Shown here one piece after another: positions 8,576 through 17,790 of a stretch of 64,000 nt of DNA. Every line of letters starts with the position of its first letter. Within the stretch, counting starts at the first letter, position 1. The position numbers and the translations under genes are program-made. The notes below the pieces were generated by a model. The model did no database searches, was not told the origin of the DNA, and saw nothing but the letters and a program-made list of their open reading frames with translations. Location of the stretch: assembly GCA_963716255.1 (NCBI GenBank), contig OY970303.1, forward strand, positions 928,001 through 992,000. The letters are read 5' to 3'. The stretch comes from an uncultured Gemmatimonadales bacterium. Its GTDB lineage: Bacteria > Gemmatimonadota > Gemmatimonadetes > Longimicrobiales > Longimicrobiaceae.

Positions 8576-10246
8576 CTACATCTGCTTGTACGCCGGCCCG
8601 CTCCCCCCCTCGCGCGGGGTCCAGCGCGGCCCGATCACGTCCGTGGCCTTGCAGTCGATGCAGTTGGGCGCGTTCACCACCAGCCGGTCGCCCTGCATCT
8701 CGTACACGCCCGCCGGGCACATGTGCACGTACATCTCGGCCACCTCCGCGGGCACGTCCTTCCCCACGACCAGGTGCGAGGGGATGTCGTCGCGGGTCTG
8801 GTTGCCCGCCTTGAACACCGCGTCCACCTTGCTGAAGGTGAGCCGCCCGTCCGGCGTGAACGGCTCGGCGGGGGCCGGCTCGCGCTGCGCCTCGGCATCG
8901 GAGTGCATGCTGATCTTTCCGCCGGGGAACCGCCCGCCGGTGAGCGTCATCAGCCCCGCCTTCGCCCCGCCCACGAAGAACCCGTCCTTGAAGGCCAGCC
9001 GCATGTTGCGGGTGCGGTACAGGTCGTCGCGGATGTAGCTGCCCTTGACCGTGGTGTCGTACGAGGCCAGCCCCGCCGCGGAGGTGTCGCCGCGCTTCAG
9101 CGCCTCGAAGATGGCGCGCGCCGCGAACATCCCGGACTGCATGGCGTAGTGGATCCCCTTGAGGGAGGGGACGTCCACGAAGCCCGCCGTGTCGCCCGCC
9201 ATGAGCAGCCCGTCGCCGTGCAGCCGCTCGGGAAGGGCGTAGAAGCCGCCCTCGGGGATGGTCTTCGCGCCCCACTCCACCATCTCCCCGCCCTCCAGGT
9301 ACTTGCGGAAGAAGGGGTGGAGCTTCATGCGCTGGAAGAGCTGGTGCACGTCCAGCGTGCTCCTGCGGTAGTCCATCCCCGCCACCAGCCCGATCGCCAC
9401 CAGGTTGGGCGCCAGCGGGTACATGAAGCTCCCGCCGAAGGTGTCGCGCGGCAGCGGCCACCCCAGCGTGTGCACGATCTCCTCCAGCGGCACCCTGGTC
9501 TCCCACACCTCCTTGACGCCCAGCGCGAAGATCTGCGGGTTCTGCGAGGGGATCCCCTGCCACTGCCGGTACGCCTGGGCCAGCGGCCCGCGCGTCCCCT
9601 CGGTGAGCACCGTCACCCGGGCGGTGAGGTCGGTGGGCGGCTCGTAGCCGGAACCCGGCTCGCCGGCGCGGTTGAGCCCCGCGGGGGTGGTGCGGACGCC
9701 CACCACCTTCTGTCCGTCCACCAGCAGCGAGTCCGCCGGGAAGCCGGGGAGCACGTTGACGCCCAGCTCCTCCGCCTTGCCGCCCAGCCAGCGCACCATC
9801 TCGCAGATGGAGCCGATGAAGTTGCCCTGGTTGTGCATGGGCGGCGGCGTGGGGATGCGCACCGCCCCGGTGCCCGTGAGCAGGTGCACCGACTCGCCCC
9901 TGACCGCGCCGCGGAAGGGGAAGTCCTCGTCCCCGAGCTCCGGGAACAGCTCGCGGAAGGCGCGCGGGTTGACCACGGCGCCGCTCAGGTTGTGCTCGCC
10001 CAGCGAGGCGGCCTTGTCCAGCACGGCGATGTTGACCTCGCCCAGCGAGCCGCCCGACTCGGCGTCCTTCTGGACCAGGCGCGCGAGCTCGATGGCGCCG
10101 GCCAGCCCGGCCGGCCCCGCGCCGACGAAGACCACGTCCATCTCGATGGCCTCGGCGTCGGGCGCCTCGGCGAGGATCATCCGGTCCTGCGGGAGGCCGG
10201 GCTGGAAGCGTGCGGGGACGAAGGGCCCGCGAGCGCCGTCTGCCAT
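8576..10246 (-). CDS. Electron transfer flavoprotein-quinone oxidoreductase (FixC-like) with C-terminal ferredoxin domain
   Basis: DVVFVGAGPAGL FAD motif, HNLSGAV, GAKTIPEGG, GDTAGF..KGIHYAMQSG, C-terminal CPAGVYE..NCIDCKA. Confidence 0.9.
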   Translation of the reverse strand: MADGARGPFVPARFQPGLPQDRMILAEAPDAEAIEMDVVFVGAGPAGLAGAIELARLVQKDAESGGSLGEVNIAVLDKAASLGEHNLSGAVVNPRAFRELFPELGDEDFPFRGAVRGESVHLLTGTGAVRIPTPPPMHNQGNFIGSICEMVRWLGGKAEELGVNVLPGFPADSLLVDGQKVVGVRTTPAGLNRAGEPGSGYEPPTDLTARVTVLTEGTRGPLAQAYRQWQGIPSQNPQIFALGVKEVWETRVPLEEIVHTLGWPLPRDTFGGSFMYPLAPNLVAIGLVAGMDYRRSTLDVHQLFQRMKLHPFFRKYLEGGEMVEWGAKTIPEGGFYALPERLHGDGLLMAGDTAGFVDVPSLKGIHYAMQSGMFAARAIFEALKRGDTSAAGLASYDTTVKGSYIRDDLYRTRNMRLAFKDGFFVGGAKAGLMTLTGGRFPGGKISMHSDAEAQREPAPAEPFTPDGRLTFSKVDAVFKAGNQTRDDIPSHLVVGKDVPAEVAEMYVHMCPAGVYEMQGDRLVVNAPNCIDCKATDVIGPRWTPREGGSGPAYKQM

Positions 10247-10446
10247 GGAATCACCCTGTGCGTCTGTAGATGCGCGGGCCTTGGTCGGGCCCGCCGGTGT
10301 GGCGGGATAATACGGGCTCGCCGTTCCGGCCGCAAAGTATGCGCCCCCGGGGCCTCTCAAGGTTCCCCGCCGCGCCGCCGATGTTTACTTCGTGGACATC
10401 GGCCGTCCCTTCCCGCGCGCCGGTCCCCCCCCTCCACCGGCCACGC

Positions 10447-11562
10447 ATGGACACCACGCGCTCGCTCGGCACCTACCGCCGGCTCTCCCGGCTCCCCTTC
10501 CCGCGCACCTACCTGGGCAAGTTCCTCCTCACCGCCTTCCTGGGCGTGCACGTGCCCCTCATCGCGGTGCTGGCGTACGTGGCGCTCCGCTCCGGCGACT
10601 GGAGCGCGGCGCTCCCCGTGCTGGGAGTGACGCTGGGAGCCACCCTGGGCGGCACCGCCGCTACGCTTTACGTGCAGGCGCGGCTGCTGGCCCCCGTGCT
10701 CCGCACGGCGGAGGCGCTGGATGCCTACGTCGCCCGCCGCGAGCTCCCATCCCTCCCCACCGGCTTCGGCGACGAGGCGGGGCGGCTGATGCGGGGCGCG
10801 CGGGAGTGCATCGAGCACCTGGACCGCCTGGTGCGGCTCCGCAGCGACCTGCTCGCGGTGGTCTCGCACGACATCCGGAACCCGCTCACCAGCATCTCCG
10901 CCGCCAACGACCTGTCGCGGCTGGTGCTGGCCGGCCCCCTGTCCGAGCCGGACGTGGCGGAGCTGCGCGAGTACACCGACATCATCCGCGACGCGGCGCG
11001 CCGGCAGCTGGAGCTGATGAACCACGTGCTGGGCCTGGCCCGCGCCGAGTCGGGCGAGCTCCAGGTGTCGCGCGAGACCACCACGCCGGGGCGGCTGATC
11101 CGGCGCGCGGTGGACGGGCTTCGCCTCCAGGCCCGGCAGAAGGGCGTGGAGCTGGCGGTGCGCGAGTCCGCGGGCGACGACGACCGGCCGGTGGAGCTGG
11201 ACGCGGCGAAGACGGAACAGGTGCTGGCGAACCTGGCGCAGAACGCGCTCAAGTTCACCCCGGCCGGGGGCCGGGTGGAGGTGGGAGCCGACGTGGCGGG
11301 CGGCGGGGTCGAGTTCTGGGTGCGCGACACGGGCGTGGGGATCCCCGCCGAGAGCGTGGAGCACCTGTTCCAGCCGTTCAGCCGGGCGCACCGCCCGGGC
11401 ACGGCGGCGGAGGGGGGCTCCGGGCTGGGGCTCTGGATCTGCCGCACCTTCACCGAGGTGCAGGGGGGCCGCCTCACCGTGCAGAGCGCTCCGGGGGAAG
11501 GGTCGGTGTTCCGCGTGGCGCTGCCGTTTCCTCCCGCCGGCGGCGCCGCCGCGGCAGCCTGA
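10447..11562 (+). CDS. Membrane sensor histidine kinase (2 TM, HAMP-like, HisKA, HATPase)
   Basis: SHDIRNPL H-box, NLAQNALKFT, DTGVGI, GSGLGL. Confidence 0.92.
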   Translation: MDTTRSLGTYRRLSRLPFPRTYLGKFLLTAFLGVHVPLIAVLAYVALRSGDWSAALPVLGVTLGATLGGTAATLYVQARLLAPVLRTAEALDAYVARRELPSLPTGFGDEAGRLMRGARECIEHLDRLVRLRSDLLAVVSHDIRNPLTSISAANDLSRLVLAGPLSEPDVAELREYTDIIRDAARRQLELMNHVLGLARAESGELQVSRETTTPGRLIRRAVDGLRLQARQKGVELAVRESAGDDDRPVELDAAKTEQVLANLAQNALKFTPAGGRVEVGADVAGGGVEFWVRDTGVGIPAESVEHLFQPFSRAHRPGTAAEGGSGLGLWICRTFTEVQGGRLTVQSAPGEGSVFRVALPFPPAGGAAAAA

Positions 11563-11953
11563 AACGGGGGTAGCCGGCCCGGAGGAGCCACCCTGTCGAG
11601 AGATCGTAAGCGGGGCGCGCGCGGCGAATGGAGGCGCCGGCAAAACGCCCGAAAACCGCTTTTCACGATTCCAGCCGCCCTCCGCACCTGGGTGTTTCCG
11701 GGTGTGTCCGTGACTAAATCGTTGTAAAACGGGGGTGTCCGGGTGGAAAACTCGGGAATTGACGGTGGGAAACCCCGACAATTGTGGAAAACTCACGACC
11801 TGGCACGCATTTTGACGTAGTTTGCCGGTTCCCCAGCACCCGCGCGGCCCCGCGCCCGGCTCCTCCGCCGGGCGGTTATTTTTTTCTTGCGTCCGTGCCC
11901 CGCGCGAACGATCTTGGGTTGCCCCGTCCGGCTCCCTCTCCCCCGCCCCGTCC

Positions 11954-12364
11954 ATGCCAGACTCCACCCCCCGCGAACAGCTCCTCCAGGAGCTGGAGCA
12001 GCTCGCCGAGCGCGCGACCCCCGGCCCCTGGGAGGCCAAGGTGGCGGTCGACTTCGTCGCCGGAGAGGCACACCGTACCGTGGTCCACTACCCCGCCGGC
12101 ACGCACCACTGCGTCCCGGTCGTTTCGCCCGACGGCGAGATCTCGCCCGAGGACCAGGCCTTCATCGCCGCCATGAGCCCTTCCGCCGCGCAGTGGATGC
12201 TGCGCGAGCTGCGGCGCCTGGGGCGCGTGGAGCGCCAGTACCAGCGCATGGCCAGCCACATGCGCCACGTGGACGAGTTCCTGCGCCGCCGCGGGCTCCA
12301 GGGCGAGGCGCAGCGCTTCGCGGCGGTGCGCGAGCAGCTCAGCGAGATCGACTGGGCGTCCTGA
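11954..12364 (+). CDS. Hypothetical protein with ATPGPW motif (Ead/Ea22-like)
   Basis: LAERATPGPW..DQAFIAAMSP..LRELRR; host-like codon usage. Confidence 0.65.
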   Translation: MPDSTPREQLLQELEQLAERATPGPWEAKVAVDFVAGEAHRTVVHYPAGTHHCVPVVSPDGEISPEDQAFIAAMSPSAAQWMLRELRRLGRVERQYQRMASHMRHVDEFLRRRGLQGEAQRFAAVREQLSEIDWAS

Positions 12365-12644
12365 ACGGCAGGGGACAGGGGACAGCCTGCAGCTGCGACG
12401 GCAGTCGGAAAAGTTGAAGCGCCCCCGCCGGCAGGTCCGGTGGGGGCGCCGTCGTTCGTCGTGCCCGCGCGCCGGCGCCGCCGCGGCCATTCGCAGAGGA
12501 AGAGCCCACGATTCGCTACCGATTTTCCCTTATGACTGGAAATGTATTAAGATGGCATACGCGCCGAAGCTGCCATTCGCAGAGGAAAGGACTCGGCACG
12601 GCGCTTCGGCGGGCCGCCCCCACTTCCTGCACTCACGGAGATCC

Positions 12645-13046
12645 ATGACAATCCGGAACTCGTTGCTCGCCCTCGCCTTCGTCGGCGGACTCGCCGCATG
12701 CGAGCAGGCCCCCACCGCCTCGCCGGACGATGCCCACATCAGGGCAAATGTTGCTCCCTACGCAGTGATCACCGTCGATTCGATCCGGCCGGACGGCTAC
12801 AGCTACCGCTACTACCTGAACGGGGCGGGCTCCTACGACCCGGACGGGCTGTCCGTGACCTACTACTGGACGACGACCTGCCCGGACGCCTTCGCCTCGC
12901 GGTACTCGTCCACGTTCTACGCCCAGAACGGCCAGTATGCCGCCCTGGGAGCGACGTGCAGGGTCACGCTGCAGGTCACCGACGTGAACGGAGCCACCCG
13001 CTCCACGGCCGTCTTCGTGGAGAACAGCCCTCCGCAGATCGATTGA
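12645..13046 (+). CDS. Lipoprotein with PKD-like domain
   Basis: GGAG RBS, lipobox LAAC, LNGAGSYDPDG..YYW..VTLQVTDVNG. Confidence 0.75.
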   Translation: MTIRNSLLALAFVGGLAACEQAPTASPDDAHIRANVAPYAVITVDSIRPDGYSYRYYLNGAGSYDPDGLSVTYYWTTTCPDAFASRYSSTFYAQNGQYAALGATCRVTLQVTDVNGATRSTAVFVENSPPQID

Positions 13047-13105
13047 TCCGAAGCCCGGCAGCCGTTCGCCGTTCCACAGTTGTGCCCATATGAATCTGTA
13101 CGGGA

Positions 13106-13220
13106 GGAGACTCGCCGGCTGTTTGGCGAGGCTCCTCCCGTGCGCAGGGAGACCCACAGCAGTTCCGTGGGGCTCCCGGAGCCCGCGCAGGAGACGGACG
13201 GCTGTATCGTCAACGGCTCC
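13106..13220. repeat. Triple-hairpin repeat (family C), copy 2
   Basis: GGAGACTCGCCGGCTGTTTGGCGAGGCTCC..GCGCAGGGAGAC..GGCTCCCGGAGCCCGCG; homologous to 2108-2219. Confidence 0.7.
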
Positions 13221-13259
13221 GGAGCGGCCCGCCGACCTCAACGCATCACGACAAAACCC

Positions 13260-15269
13260 TCACCGCGCGTCCACCAGGTTGGGCTCCATGAAGTAGTCGA
13301 AGTCGTGCTCGGAGCTCCGCCACGCCCGCACCCGGAAGATGCGCGCCGGCGCCCCCGGATCCAGGTACACCCGCTGCGCGGACCCCTGCCAGAAGAAGCG
13401 CTCGCCGGTGAGCAGCTCCTCCACCTCCCAGGGATCGTGCTGGCCCATGCCCATGAGGTCCAGCGGGAACCAGAGCGAGGTCTCGTGCCCCTGGAACGGG
13501 TCCAGGCTCACGGCCACGAACACGATGTTGGTGCGGTCCGGCGTGGCCTTGCCGTAGAACAGCACCTGCTCGCTGTCCGCCCCGTAGAAGCGCAGGTTGT
13601 CGTACTCCTGGAGCGCCGGGTTGGCCCTGCGCACGGCGTTCAGCCGCGTGATCAGGGGGCGGATGTTTCCCTCGCGCTCCCAATCCCACGCCTTGATCTC
13701 GTACTTCTCCGAGTCCAGGTATTCCTCCTTGCCCGGCCCCAGCGGCGTGTTCTCGCACAGCTCGAAGCCGGAGTAGATGCCGTACACCGACGACAGCGTG
13801 GCCGCGAGCACGGCGCGGATCATGAACGCCGGCCGCCCGCCGCGCTGCAGGAACTCGGGGAGGATGTCGGGCGTGTTGGGGAAGAGGTTGCCGCGGAAGT
13901 ACTCCCGCATGGGCCCCTGCGCCAGCTCCTGGAAGTACTCCGTGATCTCGCCCTTGAAGTTGCGCCAGGTGAAGTAGGTGTAGCTCTGCGTGAAGCCCGC
14001 CTTCGCCAGGGCGCGCATCATCTTGGGGCGGGTGAACGCCTCGGACAGGAAGATGGCCTCCGGGTGGTCGCGCTGCACCTCGCGGATCACCCACTCCCAG
14101 AACTGCACCGGCTTGGTGTGCGGGTTGTCCACGCGGAAGATCTTGACGCCCTGCTCGATCCAGAACAGGAACACCGACTTCCACTCCTCCCACTGCGCCT
14201 CCCGGTCCTCGCCGTAGAAGTTGAGCGGGTAGATGTCCTGGTACTTCTTGGGCGGGTTCTCGGCGTACTTGATGGTGCCGTCCGGCCGCACGTAGAACCA
14301 CCCCGGGTGCTCCCGTGCGTACGGGTGGTCGGGCGAGACCTGGATGGCGAAGTCCAGGGCGATCTCCAGCCCGTGCTCGTGCGCCGCGGCCACCATGCGG
14401 CGGAACTCCTCCAGGCTCCCCAGCTCCGGGTGCACGTCCTTGTGCCCCCCCGCCTCCCCGCCGATGGCGTACGGCGAGCCCGGCTGGTCGGGCCCCGCGT
14501 TCAGCGTGTTGTTCTTGCCCTTGCGGAACTGGAGCCCGATGGGGTGGATGGGCGGAAAGTACAGCACGTCGAACCCCATGTCCCGCACGTACGGCAGCTT
14601 CCGGATCACGTCGTCCCAGGTGCCGTGGCGCGCCGGGTCGTCCGACATGGAGCGCGGGAACAGCTCGTACCACGCCGCGAAGCGCGCCGCCACCCGGTCC
14701 ACCTGCACCGGCAGCTCGCGGTCGTGGCGGGTCAGGTCCCAGCGGTCCTGCCAGCGCTCCATCAATTCCAGCAGCCCGGGGTCCAGCGCCGCGGCCACCC
14801 GCTCCGCCTGCGTGCCGTCGCCCATCTCCCGCAGGTACGCCTCGATACGCTCCCGGTCGCCGCCCTGCGCCCGTCCCGCCGCGGTGCGCAGCAGCGCCTC
14901 GCCCTCCAGCAGCTCGCTCGCCACGTCCTGCCCCGCGTCGTACTTCTTGCGCGTGTCGGAGGCCCACGTCCCGAAGGCGTCCGTCCACGCCACCACGGTG
15001 AACAGGTAGCGCAGGTTCTCCGTCACCGGGAAGGAGCCGCCCCAGCGGTCGTTGTCCACGAAGCGCATGCGCGCCTCCCTCCACTCCGTCTCGCGCTCGG
15101 TGCGGAACCACACCGCAGCGGCGATGGCGTCGTGCCCCTCCTTGAAGACGTCGGCCTTCACCTCCACCACGTCCCCCACCTCGCGCTTCACGGCGTAGCG
15201 GCCGCAGTCGAGCTCGGGGGACACGTCCTCGATCACGATCTTCCGGCTGGCGTCGATCTTCGGCGGCAT
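13260..15269 (-). CDS. glgE: Alpha-1,4-glucan:maltose-1-phosphate maltosyltransferase
   Basis: WYELFPRS, PPIHPIG..RKGKNN, YAENPPKKYQDIYP, FRVDNPHTKP, LSEAFT, NTPDIL, EEYLDSEKYE. Confidence 0.97.
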   Translation of the reverse strand: MPPKIDASRKIVIEDVSPELDCGRYAVKREVGDVVEVKADVFKEGHDAIAAAVWFRTERETEWREARMRFVDNDRWGGSFPVTENLRYLFTVVAWTDAFGTWASDTRKKYDAGQDVASELLEGEALLRTAAGRAQGGDRERIEAYLREMGDGTQAERVAAALDPGLLELMERWQDRWDLTRHDRELPVQVDRVAARFAAWYELFPRSMSDDPARHGTWDDVIRKLPYVRDMGFDVLYFPPIHPIGLQFRKGKNNTLNAGPDQPGSPYAIGGEAGGHKDVHPELGSLEEFRRMVAAAHEHGLEIALDFAIQVSPDHPYAREHPGWFYVRPDGTIKYAENPPKKYQDIYPLNFYGEDREAQWEEWKSVFLFWIEQGVKIFRVDNPHTKPVQFWEWVIREVQRDHPEAIFLSEAFTRPKMMRALAKAGFTQSYTYFTWRNFKGEITEYFQELAQGPMREYFRGNLFPNTPDILPEFLQRGGRPAFMIRAVLAATLSSVYGIYSGFELCENTPLGPGKEEYLDSEKYEIKAWDWEREGNIRPLITRLNAVRRANPALQEYDNLRFYGADSEQVLFYGKATPDRTNIVFVAVSLDPFQGHETSLWFPLDLMGMGQHDPWEVEELLTGERFFWQGSAQRVYLDPGAPARIFRVRAWRSSEHDFDYFMEPNLVDAR

Positions 15270-15378
15270 CGGCGTTTCTCTGGTCGATTCTGGCAGGTCT
15301 GCTGCGGACGGGGCGGGCGGGCCGCAAGCGGTGGGCCATGGTCATTCTGCAACGGAAACGGCTCTGAACTGCGGGGTG

Positions 15379-15507
15379 GGGCGTGCCCCCGGCTGGCGCC
15401 GGGGTCGGGCTTCGGCTCCGTAGGGCTGCAAACAACGCAGCCCAACGGAGTCGAGCCCGCGCAAACAACCGCGCGGTCTCGCCCCTCCGGGCCGTAATCC
15501 CTCACGC
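15379..15507 (+). repeat. Family A repeat, copy 2
   Basis: GGGCGTGCCCCCGG..ATCCCTCACGC, followed by a family B hairpin at 15541-15597. Confidence 0.95.
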
Positions 15508-15608
15508 AACTGCCTTCGTGACCTCAATATCCCGCAGTTGCCCCCTTTCCCAGAATTGGGAGAGGGTGGCGAGCCTCAAGCGAGCCGGGTGAGGGCCGGT
15601 GCCGTCCT

Positions 15609-16829
15609 TCACTCCTTCCTCTCCGGCGGGTCGAACCCCGCCAGCTCCGGGCTGAACCCGCGCTCCGCCAGCGGGCGCACCTCGCGGCGGGGGAACATCC
15701 ACCGCCCCAGCTCCGGCGCGAAGCGGATCCCGGCCGTGCCCACCAGCGACAGCGACAGCACCAGCATCGCCACCAGCGCGGCCAGCTCGTGGTAGCCGGC
15801 GGCGGCGGCGATGCCGGCCAGCACGATGGAAAACTCGCCGCGGGGAACCAGGGTGAGCCCCAGGGTGAGCGCGCTGCGCGGCGGCAGCCCCTCGCGCCGG
15901 CCGATCCACCACCCGCCGGCCACCTTCAGCGCCACCCCCAGCAGGGTGAGCGAAAGCGCCTGCGGCCACACCGCGGCGAAGGTCGCCGGGTCGATGGACA
16001 GGCCGAACCCCAGGAAGAAGACCGCCGCGAAGAGGCCCTGGAGCGGCGCGAACAGGCGCTCCACCCGCTCGCGGTGCTCCGTCTCCGCCAGCGCCAGCCC
16101 GGCCAGGAAGGCGCCGATCGCTTCCGAGAGCCCCGCCGCGAGCGCCGCCCACGACAGCAGCAGCACCAGCGAGGCCGCCAGCAGCAGGAACAGGTCGTCG
16201 CTCTCCAGGTCGAAGGCGCGGTCCAGCGCCCGCCGTCCCCACAGCGCCGCCCCCACCACCGCCCCGAAGAAGAGCAGCGCCTTCCCCACCCCGCCGGCCA
16301 CCGCCAGCGCGCTGGGCTCCGCCACCAGCACCGCCCCCGAGAGCACCGCCAGCAGCAGCGCCACGAACAGGTCCTCGAACACCAGCACCCCCAGCGCCGT
16401 TTCCGTCTCCGGGTTGGCGGAGCGGCGCATCTCGATCACGCTCTTGGCGATGATGGCGCTGGACGACACGTAGAAGGCTCCCGCCAGCAGCAGCCCCCCC
16501 GCCCACCCCCACCCCATGGCGAGCGCCGCCAGGAACCCCGCGGGAAAACAGACCGCCAGGTCGATGGCGCCGTTGCGGAGGATGCTGCGGCGGTTGCGCA
16601 GCAGCGCCGCCAGCGAGAACTCCACCCCCATCAGGAAGAGCAGCAGCACCACCCCCAGCGTGGCCAGCACCTCCACCATGTGCTCGTCCAGCGCGTACGG
16701 GCGCGCCGCCATCCCCAGCAGGATGAAGGCGGGGATCACCGACTGGCGAAGCCGGCTGAACAGGAGACCCCCGAGCGCGAGCACGCCCAGGAGGACGCCC
16801 GCGCCCAGGAGAAAGCCGCCGTGCTCCAT
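15609..16829 (-). CDS. khtU: K+/H+ antiporter membrane subunit (CPA2, KhtU/YhaU-like)
   Basis: Multi-TM protein with LLLFLMGVEFS, SSSAIIAK, LVFEDL, IGAFLAG and PRGEFSIV; directly downstream of khtT. Confidence 0.85.
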   Translation of the reverse strand: MEHGGFLLGAGVLLGVLALGGLLFSRLRQSVIPAFILLGMAARPYALDEHMVEVLATLGVVLLLFLMGVEFSLAALLRNRRSILRNGAIDLAVCFPAGFLAALAMGWGWAGGLLLAGAFYVSSSAIIAKSVIEMRRSANPETETALGVLVFEDLFVALLLAVLSGAVLVAEPSALAVAGGVGKALLFFGAVVGAALWGRRALDRAFDLESDDLFLLLAASLVLLLSWAALAAGLSEAIGAFLAGLALAETEHRERVERLFAPLQGLFAAVFFLGFGLSIDPATFAAVWPQALSLTLLGVALKVAGGWWIGRREGLPPRSALTLGLTLVPRGEFSIVLAGIAAAAGYHELAALVAMLVLSLSLVGTAGIRFAPELGRWMFPRREVRPLAERGFSPELAGFDPPERKE

Positions 16830-16837
16830 CGCGTCCG

Positions 16838-17332
16838 TCAGGAGCCGGGCGGGCGTCCGCGGAGCAGGCCCCCGAAGCGCCCCACCTGCTCGCGGTCGCC
16901 GATGACCATCAGCGTGGACCCTGCCTCGATGCGCTGGTCCGGCTGCGGGTTGGGGGTGGCCCTGCCGTCCCGGAGCACCGCGATGATGCTGGCGCCCGTG
17001 CGCTCGCGCACCGCCGCCTCCAGCAGCGTCATCCCGGCCAGCGGCGACGACGGCTCCACCTTCATCCACTCCACCGAAAGCTGCCCCAGCACCATGTCCA
17101 TGGATTCCCCCATGGCGGGCTGGAAGTAGGCGCCGCCCAGGATCGCCCCCAGCTTGCGGGCCTCCGCGTCCTCCAGGCGCACCGCCGCGTGCGGGAAGTC
17201 CTCCCCGCGCTCGAACAGGTAGACCTCGCGGGCGCCGGTGTTGTGGATGATCACCGTCAGGCGGTCGCCGTCGTCGGTGGTGCAGGCGAACTTCTTCCCC
17301 ACGCCGGGGAGGTCGTGCTCGCGTACGTCCAT
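16838..17332 (-). CDS. khtT: K+/H+ antiporter regulatory subunit (RCK-C, KhtT/YhaT-like)
   Basis: MDVREHDLPGVGKKF..EARKLGAILGG..RERTGASIIAVLR..PNP. Confidence 0.88.
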   Translation of the reverse strand: MDVREHDLPGVGKKFACTTDDGDRLTVIIHNTGAREVYLFERGEDFPHAAVRLEDAEARKLGAILGGAYFQPAMGESMDMVLGQLSVEWMKVEPSSPLAGMTLLEAAVRERTGASIIAVLRDGRATPNPQPDQRIEAGSTLMVIGDREQVGRFGGLLRGRPPGS

Positions 17333-17435
17333 GGTCCGGGTGCGCAGGGTGGAGGATCGTGAATGCGGAGCCGTGGGGTTTCGGACGGCAGGATGTGCGC
17401 CAGCGACATCTTCAACGGCACGTGACGACGGGTTC

Positions 17436-17568
17436 GGGCATGCCCCCGGCTGGCGCCGGGGTCGGGCTTCGGCTCCGTAAGCGAGCAGACTACGCTCGCC
17501 AACGGAGTCGAGCCCCGGCGGAAACAGCCCCGCCGGGTCTCGCCCCTTCGGGCCGTAATCCCTCACGC
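17436..17568 (+). repeat. Family A repeat, copy 3
   Basis: GGGCATGCCCCCGG..ATCCCTCACGC, with a family B hairpin at 17614-17650. Confidence 0.95.
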
Positions 17569-17790
17569 GACGGCAGCTCCGCACGATTCCGGAACGGCTC
17601 CGCAGTTGTCGTTCTCCCCTCCCCCTTGCGGGGAGGGGTCGGGGGAGGGGGTCGCCGTCGTCGTACTCCCCATCCCCACGACCTCGATCGAGCCGGGTGA
17701 GGGCCGACGTTCCGCTGCCCTACCCGGCACATGCCTTGCGGCCCCCCCAGCGGCAAGCGCGGGAAAGCACCGGCTACTACACGCGGGGGG

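Noticed and set aside
8347..8814. Recurrent peptide strings (PKGRDP, TEPKPDPGASRGHA, YGAEARPRRQPGARP) suggesting a protein family
   Set aside because: They are translations of the family A repeat in varying frames. Variation preserves base pairing, not codons.
11954..12364. Prophage remnant
   Set aside because: No integrase, structural or replication genes nearby, and codon usage is host-like.
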